64,000 bases of DNA from Rubripirellula sp. (GTDB lineage Bacteria; Planctomycetota; Planctomycetia; Pirellulales; Pirellulaceae): assembly GCA_965216875.1 (NCBI GenBank), contig OZ244207.1, forward strand, positions 7,424,001 to 7,488,000, in the 5' to 3' direction. The stretch's first letter is position 1; each line of letters begins with the position of its first letter. Under the pieces are notes generated by a model that had not been told where the DNA came from, searched no databases, and saw only the letters and a list, made by a program, of their open reading frames with translations. This document shows, in pieces, positions 20,419 to 28,942 of the stretch. A program made the position numbers and the translations under genes.

Positions 20419-20589
20419 AACGTGCGCAATTTCGAAGCCTGGTGGAGGCACAATTCCAATCTGCAGCACTCGGACAAGAATGCCCGACGACGAGCCGCAC
20501 ACGTCCCCTGCCCGAAACGATGCGGGCGTGGTAATCTCTGCGATTCTGGATCATCAAAATTCTGTCCCTCAAACCCCATTATTCGCTCC

Positions 20590-20886
20590 ATGGCCCGAAA
20601 GGTCGTCAGTCGAAAGGCCAAGGCTGCTGAGGCCGAAGCCGCCGAAAAGCAAACGACAAAGAAGAAAGCCGCTAAGAAGAAAGCCACTAAGCGGAAAACC
20701 AAGAAGAACGCCGAGCCCGCTCGCTTGAAGCTCTACTGGGGTGTCTTCAGCCAGAACCTCAAGCGGGTCGCCGTCTTCGAATTCGACCAAAAGAAGGAAG
20801 CTCAAAAACGCGCTACCGAATTGAGCAAGGGAGGCAAATCGCCTCACTTCATTCAAAAGGTCAAAGAAGAGATCAAGCCCGAGTAA
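20590..20886 (+). CDS. Small Lys-rich hypothetical protein (98 aa)
   Basis: MARKVVSRK...KKKAAKKKATKRKTKK followed by a folded-looking RLKLYWGVF segment. Its stop overlaps the next start. Confidence 0.75.
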   Translation: MARKVVSRKAKAAEAEAAEKQTTKKKAAKKKATKRKTKKNAEPARLKLYWGVFSQNLKRVAVFEFDQKKEAQKRATELSKGGKSPHFIQKVKEEIKPE

Positions 20887-21725
20887 TGTTTGGCTTGCTG
20901 CGTAGACGCTTGCCCAAGGGTTTGGTGCCAGCGATGGCGCTGATCGTTTTCATGACTGCTGGGTCCACCAACGCACAACCTCCCGCGGCCCCGTCCGCCA
21001 GTGAACCCGATTGGCAGTCACTCTATCGACCCCATGTGTTTGCTGGGGCCGATGGCGGTCAGCTGCCCTATCGAATCTTAGAGCCTCCGACGATCGAGCC
21101 GGGCAAGAAGTACCCGCTCGTTTTGTTCCTCCATGGCGCAGGCGAACGCGGGGATGACAACCGCAGCCAGCTCAAGCATGGCGCAGCTGATTTCGCGCGA
21201 AAGGATCGTCGCGAAGCGAACCCAGCATTCGTTGTCTTTCCGCAATGCCCAAACGATTTTCGATGGGTTGAATCGGATTGGGGCCTGCCAACAGGTCAAG
21301 GAGCGATGCCTCGTGAACCGTCGGTGACGATGGCGTTGGTTCGCCAATTGCTCGATGAATTGCTGAAAAACCCGGCTGTTGATCGCGATCGCGTCTATGT
21401 GACGGGACTCTCCATGGGCGGACAAGGGTCTTGGTTTGCGGCGGCCACTTGGCCTGAGACCTTTGCTGCGATGTTGGAGGTTTGTGGTGGTAGCGATCCC
21501 GGTTGGGCGGTCCGATATGACGGAGTTCCCATTTGGGCGTTTCACGGTCAGAAAGACACGGTTGTTCCGATTTCACGTGGGCGTGAAATGATCAAGGCGC
21601 TCGCCGAAGCGGGACATCACCCTGAGCTTCGCTATGTCGAATACCCCGGTGTGGGACACGACAGCTGGTCTCAGACCTATCGCCGCGACGATGTCTACGA
21701 GTGGTTGTTTAAGCAACACAAATGA
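20886..21725 (+). CDS. Secreted alpha/beta hydrolase (esterase/peptidase-like)
   Basis: YPLVLFLHGAGERG, the TGLSMGG nucleophile elbow, WAFHGQKD and GVGHDSW, plus a signal peptide. Confidence 0.9.
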   Translation: MFGLLRRRLPKGLVPAMALIVFMTAGSTNAQPPAAPSASEPDWQSLYRPHVFAGADGGQLPYRILEPPTIEPGKKYPLVLFLHGAGERGDDNRSQLKHGAADFARKDRREANPAFVVFPQCPNDFRWVESDWGLPTGQGAMPREPSVTMALVRQLLDELLKNPAVDRDRVYVTGLSMGGQGSWFAAATWPETFAAMLEVCGGSDPGWAVRYDGVPIWAFHGQKDTVVPISRGREMIKALAEAGHHPELRYVEYPGVGHDSWSQTYRRDDVYEWLFKQHK

Positions 21726-22819
21726 CGGACCCGGTCAAACCTGCTGGCAATACAAACGATGCGCCATCGCTCGTTGATGGCCATTGCGTTCAAAGTAGCC
21801 GTCGAAGCTCGTTTCGAATGCCAGCAGAGTGGGAAACGCCAGAGTGCCTTTGGCTTGCCTGGCCTCACAACCCGCAAACGTGGCCTGGGCGATTTGATTC
21901 GATCCCCGATTTCTTCGTTCGTTGGATCCATCTCGTCAGCGAATCGACCGAGGTGCGCGTGATTGCCTCCGGCGAAGCACTCTCCGATGCCAAGTCTCGG
22001 TTGACGCAATGTCGGGGCGTCGAACTTGTTGACGTTCCCACCAACGATTGTTGGCTCCGCGACTATGGTCCCACTTTTGTGGTCGCGACCGACGGGTCGG
22101 TTGTTGGGATCGATTGGAAATACAACGCGTGGGGCGGAAAGTACCCGCCTTGGGATCGCGATGCCGCCGCTGCCCAAGCGATCTGCGACGATGCCAAGAT
22201 CGAATGCGTCAAAGGATCGCTTTGTCTCGAAGGAGGCGCTTTGGAGACCGACGGTCTCGGGCGTCTGCTGACGACACCTCAGTGCCTTGTTACCAGCACG
22301 CGAAATCCAGGCCTAACAGCGCAAGAGGTCGCGTTGGAACTCTATCGTTACCTCGGGGTCACTGAGATTGTATGGGTCGATGGCGGCGGGCTTGTTGGTG
22401 ATGACACCGATGGCCATATCGATCAGCTCGCTCGCTTCGTCGACCCTCATAATGTCGTCGTCGCAACCTGTTCCGATCCTACCGACCCGAATCATCTCGC
22501 CCTCGAAACCAATTTCAAACAGTTGCAGCAATGGGGCGAAGCGGCCGATCCTGTCGTCAACGTCCATCGTCTCGCAATACCTCCAGAACGCATCATTGAT
22601 GGGCAACGCGTTCCCGAGAGCTACTGCAACTTCTTGTGGTTGGGCCGACAGCGGCTGTTGGTGCCGACGTTCGGAGCCGAAACCGATGACGCAGCATTAG
22701 GGCTGCTTGCGGATTTGACCGGGGCGGACGTGTCGGGCATTGATTGCCGCGATCTGGCCTGGGGGCTCGGCGCACTTCACTGCGCAAGCCGCGAGCAGGT
22801 CGCCGCCCGCTCTTCGTAG
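21722..22819 (+). CDS. aguA: Agmatine deiminase family (PAD_porph)
   Basis: RMPAEW, WLRDYGP, LEGGALETDG, DTDGHID, SYCNF and GALHC with the catalytic Cys. Confidence 0.9.
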   Translation: MTDPVKPAGNTNDAPSLVDGHCVQSSRRSSFRMPAEWETPECLWLAWPHNPQTWPGRFDSIPDFFVRWIHLVSESTEVRVIASGEALSDAKSRLTQCRGVELVDVPTNDCWLRDYGPTFVVATDGSVVGIDWKYNAWGGKYPPWDRDAAAAQAICDDAKIECVKGSLCLEGGALETDGLGRLLTTPQCLVTSTRNPGLTAQEVALELYRYLGVTEIVWVDGGGLVGDDTDGHIDQLARFVDPHNVVVATCSDPTDPNHLALETNFKQLQQWGEAADPVVNVHRLAIPPERIIDGQRVPESYCNFLWLGRQRLLVPTFGAETDDAALGLLADLTGADVSGIDCRDLAWGLGALHCASREQVAARSS

Positions 22820-22902
22820 GGTGTGTGCTTGCACGCACCAAACCCGCTGGTGCGTGCAAGCAACCTACGTTGCTTTCTGGTGCGTGCAAGCACACACCCT
22901 AC
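22816..22902. repeat. GTAG-type REP doublet/triplet (family D)
   Basis: GTAGGGTGTGTGCTTGCACGCACCA followed by two inverted copies, TGGTGCGTGCAAGC(AA/ACAC)..CCTAC. Same family as 9269. Confidence 0.85.
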
Positions 22903-23010
22903 GTTGCTTGGTGGGCAAACTGCTCTTGCCGTGGATCGGCCGGACGCCTACCGTCCGACACAAACCTCGGCGCATCGTGCGCAGCCAAAACTGTCAGACG
23001 AGTCCCTCTG

Positions 23011-23868
23011 ATGCCTTCCTTGTCAACCTTAAAGCTTCGTTGCCAAGCAATTGGATTTGCTTGCATGACGCTGGTCGCGCTGTTCGCGAGCGGTTGCAGT
23101 CGCAATCCGTACTACGCTGCGGCACCGGGTGGCGCGGCATGGCAAGTTCCGCAAACTGCCGCTGTCAATCCGAACGACGCGACGATCGCCGAACTGAACC
23201 GTCGAGTTCAAATGCTCGACGACAACAATCGCCAGCTCACGACGCAATTGGCGCAAAGCGAACAGCAGTCGCAAGTCTACCGAGACGAAAACGAGTTGTA
23301 TCGCCGACAGCTTGCCGAAATGACAAACCAACTCGAATCGGCCAACACGTTAGCCCGGAACGCCCAGGACCAAGTTCGTGGTTTTCAGGCTTCGTCGCGT
23401 ATTCGCGGTGGCGCTTCGATCCAGGCCAACACCAACCTGGGCCAGCTCGCAAGTCAATTGAATCTGGGTGGCCTCGTCGCGGAGCAAGACGGGCAAGTGG
23501 TTCGAATCGTGGTTCCATCCGACCGGTTGTTCCAACCGGGTACCGCTCAATTGCAACCTCAATCGGTTTCCGTACTCGACCCGCTGTCGCAACAGTTGAA
23601 GAATGTCTTTCCGAGACAGCGAATCGGAATCGAGGGGCATACTGACAACGCCCCTGTCTATGGTGGGACCGCAGCGACCAGCCACCAACTTGCTTCGATG
23701 CAAGCCTCGGCAATTTTGGATGTGTTGACGCGGCGATCGGGCATGCCTGCACAACAGCTCTTTACGATTGCTCAAGGCGGCAACAATCCTCGCCAGGACA
23801 ACGCGACTCCGGCAGGCCGCGCCGCGAATCGACGAATCGAAATCGTCGTCTACCCCGAGACCTTTTAG
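23011..23868 (+). CDS. OmpA/MotB-domain lipoprotein with coiled coil
   Basis: Lipobox-like ASGC, a Gln-rich coiled coil and C-terminal IEGHTDN...GRAANRRIEI. The start is at 23011 or 23065. Confidence 0.85.
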   Translation: MPSLSTLKLRCQAIGFACMTLVALFASGCSRNPYYAAAPGGAAWQVPQTAAVNPNDATIAELNRRVQMLDDNNRQLTTQLAQSEQQSQVYRDENELYRRQLAEMTNQLESANTLARNAQDQVRGFQASSRIRGGASIQANTNLGQLASQLNLGGLVAEQDGQVVRIVVPSDRLFQPGTAQLQPQSVSVLDPLSQQLKNVFPRQRIGIEGHTDNAPVYGGTAATSHQLASMQASAILDVLTRRSGMPAQQLFTIAQGGNNPRQDNATPAGRAANRRIEIVVYPETF

Positions 23869-23997
23869 GTCGGGCGAGGCACTCAAGCCTGCGGCTTGGA
23901 CTCTCGCGCATGCTCAAATGCGCGTGCCCTTGACACCCCTCCCTGTGGCTAGATGCTATGTTCCGCATCATGAGCCCGCTTCGAGGAGATTGTCAGT

Positions 23998-25341
23998 ATG
24001 TATTTCATTCGTTTGCTGTTGGTCATCACTGCGTTTGCAGTGACGAGCCGCGCGGTGGCCCAAGACGAACCTGCTGAGCCGCCACTTCAAGGCACGCCGG
24101 CTGCGAATGCGTTTGTGCTGCATGATGAGGTGCGTGATGCGCTCGTTCCGCTGTTCTCGAGCATTGCTGGTGCCGACCAGACTCGCGTGGTTGCCGAGCT
24201 GGTAGCTGAGTCAGCGGTCAAAGGTAGAGTCGTTGATCAACAAAAGTCGACGTATCAAGTCGCGTCGCGTGCGCCCAATAAGTTCACGATCTATTTAAAG
24301 GAAAGCCACCAGCAGACTCGGATCTACTGCGATGGCGAAACGACTTCGGTCGCACTCGCGAAAGACGCCTACCTTCAACTTGAACAGCCGCTCGACAATC
24401 AACAGGCTGCGCTCTCTTTGCCAATACCAATGGGAACATATCCCGAAGCGATTCTGTCTCTTTCGATGGCTGGCGTCGATCCATCGCTCACTTTCTTGGG
24501 TGGAATGAAATCGGTCGAGCTCGTTGATCGAAACAAGTATCGCGGGCAAGCGGCGGTGCATCTAAAGGGAATGCAAAAGGACGGCGTGTCGTGGGACTTT
24601 TGGATTGCTGATGCCCAGGAGGCGAAACCGTTGCGTTTGATCATCGACCTCACATCGATGTTGAAAGCCAGCAATCAGGTCAACGTCGACGAAGACTTTT
24701 CATATCGGTTGCGGATTGACTTTCTGACGTGGGACACCAAGACGAAAGTCAACGATTCGCTTTTCACGTTCAATCCGGGAGCAGAGGCTCGGCGATATGG
24801 CTCGCTTGCCGAGTACCAAGCAGAGATCGCTGGAGTGGTCGAGGAGCACCCTTTGCTCGGCGCGTCGGCGCCACAATTCAGCGTTCGTTTGTTGGACGGA
24901 AAAACAATCACTTCGAACGATCTCAAGGGCCGGGTTGTGGTCCTCGATTTCTGGGCCACTTGGTGCCCGGCGTGTGTCGCCGCGATGCCTGCGCTCGAAG
25001 AGGTCGTTGGCTCGCTCACCGATGAGGTTGTCTTTGTTGCTGTAAACGTCGGCGAAGAGTCCACCGAAGTCAAAGAATTTGTTGAATCCAAGGGTTGGAA
25101 GATGGGCGTGGGGCTCGATCAGGATTCGGCGATTGCCAAGGCCTATCGCGCGGACGCGTTGCCTCAAACCGTTTTGATTGGCAAATCGGGGGCGATCGAA
25201 TCGGTTCACGTTGGCATGCGCGAGTCGGAAACTTGGAAATTACAGCTAAAAGACGAGCTCGACGTGCTGATTGCCGGCGGCATGATCGCGACTGCCGAGC
25301 AGGCGGACCAAGCCGGCGATGACGATTCGGCTGGTCGTTAG
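23998..25341 (+). CDS. Exported DUF2092-like domain + TlpA/redoxin protein
   Basis: Signal peptide, C-terminal VVLDFWATWCPAC thioredoxin motif and a LolA-like N-terminal region ending F.FNP. Confidence 0.82.
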   Translation: MYFIRLLLVITAFAVTSRAVAQDEPAEPPLQGTPAANAFVLHDEVRDALVPLFSSIAGADQTRVVAELVAESAVKGRVVDQQKSTYQVASRAPNKFTIYLKESHQQTRIYCDGETTSVALAKDAYLQLEQPLDNQQAALSLPIPMGTYPEAILSLSMAGVDPSLTFLGGMKSVELVDRNKYRGQAAVHLKGMQKDGVSWDFWIADAQEAKPLRLIIDLTSMLKASNQVNVDEDFSYRLRIDFLTWDTKTKVNDSLFTFNPGAEARRYGSLAEYQAEIAGVVEEHPLLGASAPQFSVRLLDGKTITSNDLKGRVVVLDFWATWCPACVAAMPALEEVVGSLTDEVVFVAVNVGEESTEVKEFVESKGWKMGVGLDQDSAIAKAYRADALPQTVLIGKSGAIESVHVGMRESETWKLQLKDELDVLIAGGMIATAEQADQAGDDDSAGR

Positions 25342-25596
25342 AAAAGGCCAGCTTCCACTTTGAGCCACCTCCAATGCGGTGAAACCAGTCGCGGTCTTCG
25401 AGTCGATTTGACCACAGCAACAGGCAGACTCAAGCTCGCTCAACAGTGCAATGCCAGGCCCATTGCCGCGGAAGATCGCTATTGGTGCGGTCCTGCAAAA
25501 CGTTGACAATGACTATGTGGGCGCCTTAAATGAGATTGGTGACACGTCGATCTCTCTCTTAATTCATCTTCTCTTCGAATACGTGAGGCCCTGGGC

Positions 25597-26883
25597 ATGA
25601 GCGGTTCCTCGAATCGGCGATCTGGTTTCACTCTTGTGGAACTCTTGGTCGTGATCGCGATCATTGGTGTGTTGGTTGGTTTGTTGTTGCCTGCCGTTCA
25701 GGCGGCGCGTGAAGCGGCGCGACGCATGAGTTGCAGCAACAACTTCAAGCAGATTGGTTTGGCCATTCACAACTACCATTCGGCGTACAAGCAACTTCCT
25801 CGATACGCCGCAGGGACCGATGGTGTTGGAGCGAACAAGTCACAGGGAACCGAAGATGGTTGGGTGAGAACGCTGCGTCATAATTCGCAAGCGCTCAGTA
25901 TTCGAGTGGCGATCTTGCCGTTCATCGAGCAGCAAGCCTTGTGGGAGTTGATCAACGAGCCGCTCGATTTTGATGAGGACGGCACGGCTGACTTTCCGGC
26001 GATGGGACCCTATCCGGTGATCAGTGCACTGACCGGTGCGATCCCCGGAAGCAACGCGACCACTGGCGACGAGTATCGACCTTGGAAAACCGAGATTCCG
26101 ACCTATCGATGTCCAAGTGATCCTGGCGTTGGAGCACCCGCGGCAGGGCGACATAACTATGCCGAGTGTCTTGGGGATTCCATGCGGCAACTCTTCGTGG
26201 GGCCGGTGAATTGGAACGCCCCCGGCTTTTCGTCCAATGCGTGGAATCGCCGTGTGACAAAAGCTTCGTGTCGCGGCCTGTTTGTGGCTCGTTCGGACCA
26301 GCGCTTTCGTGATGTCTTGGATGGTCAATCCAACACGATCATGATGGGCGAGATCGCAACCGACCTTTCGGACAACGACAAACGCACTCGGTTGAATCGA
26401 GTGCTTGATATTGATGACACGATGCCAAACGCGGTCAACGCATGTGAAGTTGCCGGACACATCGATCCCGAAAGACCACTGTTTTGGTGTAGCGGCGGCA
26501 GTTGCCCGATTCCGAGTGGTCCTGGCGGAACACTCAACGCCGCGGGCGTTGGGTCACTTTGGGCTCGTGGAATGCAATGGGCGTGGGCGATGCCCTACAA
26601 CAGTGCGTTCACAACCACGACACCTCCCAACCGTGAACTTTGCATCGATCGCTGGGAAGAGGGCGGCGGTTCGATGGCTGCCAGCAGTCGGCATCAAGGT
26701 GGTTGCCACGTCCTGATGGCTGACGGCGCAGTGATTTTCATGACCGACTCGGTGGAATCGGGTGACTTGACCGCGATTCCCATTTCGATCGATCACCTTC
26801 CCGGCGAAAAGAGCCCGTTCGGATTGTGGGGTGCCCTTGGGACACGCTCGGCCAAAGAGGTCATCCAGGAAGAGCTCAATTGA
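25597..26883 (+). CDS. DUF1559 prepilin-type N-terminal cleavage/methylation protein (H-X9-DG)
   Basis: GFTLVELLVVIAIIGVLVGLLLPAVQAAREAARRMSCSNN and SRHQGGCHVLMADG. Confidence 0.95.
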   Translation: MSGSSNRRSGFTLVELLVVIAIIGVLVGLLLPAVQAAREAARRMSCSNNFKQIGLAIHNYHSAYKQLPRYAAGTDGVGANKSQGTEDGWVRTLRHNSQALSIRVAILPFIEQQALWELINEPLDFDEDGTADFPAMGPYPVISALTGAIPGSNATTGDEYRPWKTEIPTYRCPSDPGVGAPAAGRHNYAECLGDSMRQLFVGPVNWNAPGFSSNAWNRRVTKASCRGLFVARSDQRFRDVLDGQSNTIMMGEIATDLSDNDKRTRLNRVLDIDDTMPNAVNACEVAGHIDPERPLFWCSGGSCPIPSGPGGTLNAAGVGSLWARGMQWAWAMPYNSAFTTTTPPNRELCIDRWEEGGGSMAASSRHQGGCHVLMADGAVIFMTDSVESGDLTAIPISIDHLPGEKSPFGLWGALGTRSAKEVIQEELN

Positions 26884-27011
26884 TGGTGCGGTTGCCAAGT
26901 TCAAACCATCATCAATCGCCCCGCTCAAACTCACGAGCGGGGTGTTTTCATTGGCTCACCCCGATATCTTTAAGGGCTCGCACAAGTGGCTCTACAAACA
27001 AAGTTCAAATC

Positions 27012-27200
27012 ATGAATCGCATCGCGGTGTTTCTTCTGATTGCTGCTGGTTCCCTTGCCCATTTGGGTTGCAGCAAGAGCAACCACGTTGTCGAGACGGA
27101 CGTGAGTCAGAACGACGAGCAATCTCAGGCACGCACGATGCAGGAATATGAGTCGGAAGAATACGCCAAGCATATGGCTGCGCAACAGGAAGGAAACTGA
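27012..27200 (+). CDS. Small lipoprotein (62 aa), typical DUF1559 partner
   Basis: MNRIAVFLLIAAGSLAHLG-C lipoprotein signal directly downstream of the DUF1559 gene. Confidence 0.75.
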   Translation: MNRIAVFLLIAAGSLAHLGCSKSNHVVETDVSQNDEQSQARTMQEYESEEYAKHMAAQQEGN

Positions 27201-27203
27201 TGC

Positions 27204-27932
27204 ATGGGACTTGATCGGGGGGACGCTGCCGTGTCAACGCAGCACGATCAATCGTACAAAAAGTTCATCCGTCGCGCGCTGCACGATCTCGGAGCGCCCG
27301 TTCGGCATGTTCAATTGTTTTCTGAAATGCTGCGTGATGAGATCGAACCGGAGCAAATCAGTGAAGCCGGCGTCGAATACCTCGACGTCATTGACCGCGC
27401 CAGTCAGACGATGAAAGGAATCATCGAATCGCTGGGTGACTATTTGCGTTTGCCAGATCAGGCTGGCGGTTCACGTAGCGTCGATGTTCGAACGTTGCTC
27501 GAGCAAGGGTGGGCGGAGCTGCTGGCCGACCAACCCGAAGGAGTCGGCCAGCTCGAGATCGAGGGCGATTTGACGCTCGAAACCGATCCGGTGCTGCTTG
27601 AGAAGATGCTCCGCGAAGTCCTCAAAAACGCGCTAAGGTTTCGCAAACCCAACATGACCGCGCGTGTGCGTGCACTATTGCATCACGACAACGACCACGG
27701 CTCGATCCAAATCCACGATGACGGCGTGGGGATCGAGCCCGAGTTTCTTCAACGCGTTTTGTTGCCCTTCGAGACGCTACCTCAGGACGGCGTCAAATGT
27801 GGGCCGGGACTCGGCTTGCCGCTCTGCCAAAAAATTGCATCGCTCTTGAGCGGCGAGTTGCAATTACAGAGTGAGGCCGGTTCGGGCGTCGCCGTTGCGA
27901 TCACGTTGCCGCTTCGCACCGCCCAAGTCTAG
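27204..27932 (+). CDS. Minimal cytoplasmic histidine kinase (HisKA + HATPase only)
   Basis: H-box HDLGAPVRH, N-box LKNALRF, G1 DDGVGI and G2 GPGLGL. No TM or sensor domain. Confidence 0.85.
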   Translation: MGLDRGDAAVSTQHDQSYKKFIRRALHDLGAPVRHVQLFSEMLRDEIEPEQISEAGVEYLDVIDRASQTMKGIIESLGDYLRLPDQAGGSRSVDVRTLLEQGWAELLADQPEGVGQLEIEGDLTLETDPVLLEKMLREVLKNALRFRKPNMTARVRALLHHDNDHGSIQIHDDGVGIEPEFLQRVLLPFETLPQDGVKCGPGLGLPLCQKIASLLSGELQLQSEAGSGVAVAITLPLRTAQV

Positions 27933-27943
27933 GTCGCCCAAGT

Positions 27944-28600
27944 CTAGGCCGCGCAACTGGTCTTGGTGGTCTGCAACGCGTGATTGGGATCGATCGCGAT
28001 CAACAACTTAAGCAACTCGATTTCGTTGCTGATACTCAGCTTTCGAAATAAGTTCCCGCGATGCTTGGAAGCGGTTTGAACGGAGATGCAAAACTCTGCG
28101 GCGATCTCTTTGAGAGTTCGTCCGTCGGCGAGTTGATACATCACCTCCTTTTCACGCGATGACAGGCAACCCAGTTTTTCCAAAAACTCGTCACGCATCT
28201 CGCGGCGCTCGAATTCCTCTTCGTGTTGCAGCAACGCTCGCTGGATCACTTCGAGCAACTCGTGCGGGTTGAAGTTCTTTTCAAGGAAATCGAAGACGCC
28301 GTTGTTGAACGCCAGTCGGCAAGTGCCGGCATCCGCGTGGCCGGTGACGACGATGATCGGCATCGTGATCCCTTTCTGACGCATGGCCGCAAACAATTGC
28401 AGGCCGGTCATCTGTGGCATCAACAGGTCTACCACCACACAGCCGCGACTTTGTGAGTCGGTTTCTTCCAAGAAGGTGGCGGGCGATTGGAACGAGCGAA
28501 CGTTCAGCCCAAGGGATTCACAATGGGTGCGGACAAGAAGAAGTTCGTCCGGACAGTCGTCAACGAGATAGACAGTAGATTTCGGGGCAGTGAATGACAT
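27944..28600 (-). CDS. FixJ/LuxR-family response regulator
   Basis: VYLVDD, VVDLLMPQMTG, VTGHAD, FLEK and a C-terminal LSSREKEV...KEIAAEFCIS.QT..KHR HTH. Confidence 0.92.
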   Translation of the reverse strand: MSFTAPKSTVYLVDDCPDELLLVRTHCESLGLNVRSFQSPATFLEETDSQSRGCVVVDLLMPQMTGLQLFAAMRQKGITMPIIVVTGHADAGTCRLAFNNGVFDFLEKNFNPHELLEVIQRALLQHEEEFERREMRDEFLEKLGCLSSREKEVMYQLADGRTLKEIAAEFCISVQTASKHRGNLFRKLSISNEIELLKLLIAIDPNHALQTTKTSCAA

Positions 28601-28942
28601 GATGGGGCAATGGTGTTATCGGAGATGGAATCATCACAGAATGAAAGCCATATCGCTCATCCATAATGCCAAATCGCTGCCCCAGCGATGTCGTTATGTC
28701 TGCCCCACGACGTACTCAATCGACATCATGGATGAGCGATAGGCGATTGCCCCAGTGTTGAGCGCTTCAGTTTGAAGCCTTGTTGCTCAACATTAGTGTT
28801 GATCGGTAGGGACACCGCCCCTCAACACCTTTTCCCCCGCATTTTGCTGCATTTTGCGCAGGTGAATCTTGAGCATCCGGTTGGGTGGCAACGACTACAT
28901 AAGAGGTAGCGGTCAGGGGGGGCGCGCCCGGGGGGCGAGCGC

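Noticed and set aside
22740..23010. N-terminal extensions of ORFs 22740-23645 and 22744-23868
   Set aside because: They run through the aguA 3' end and a REP cluster. The lipoprotein signal indicates a start near 23011-23065.
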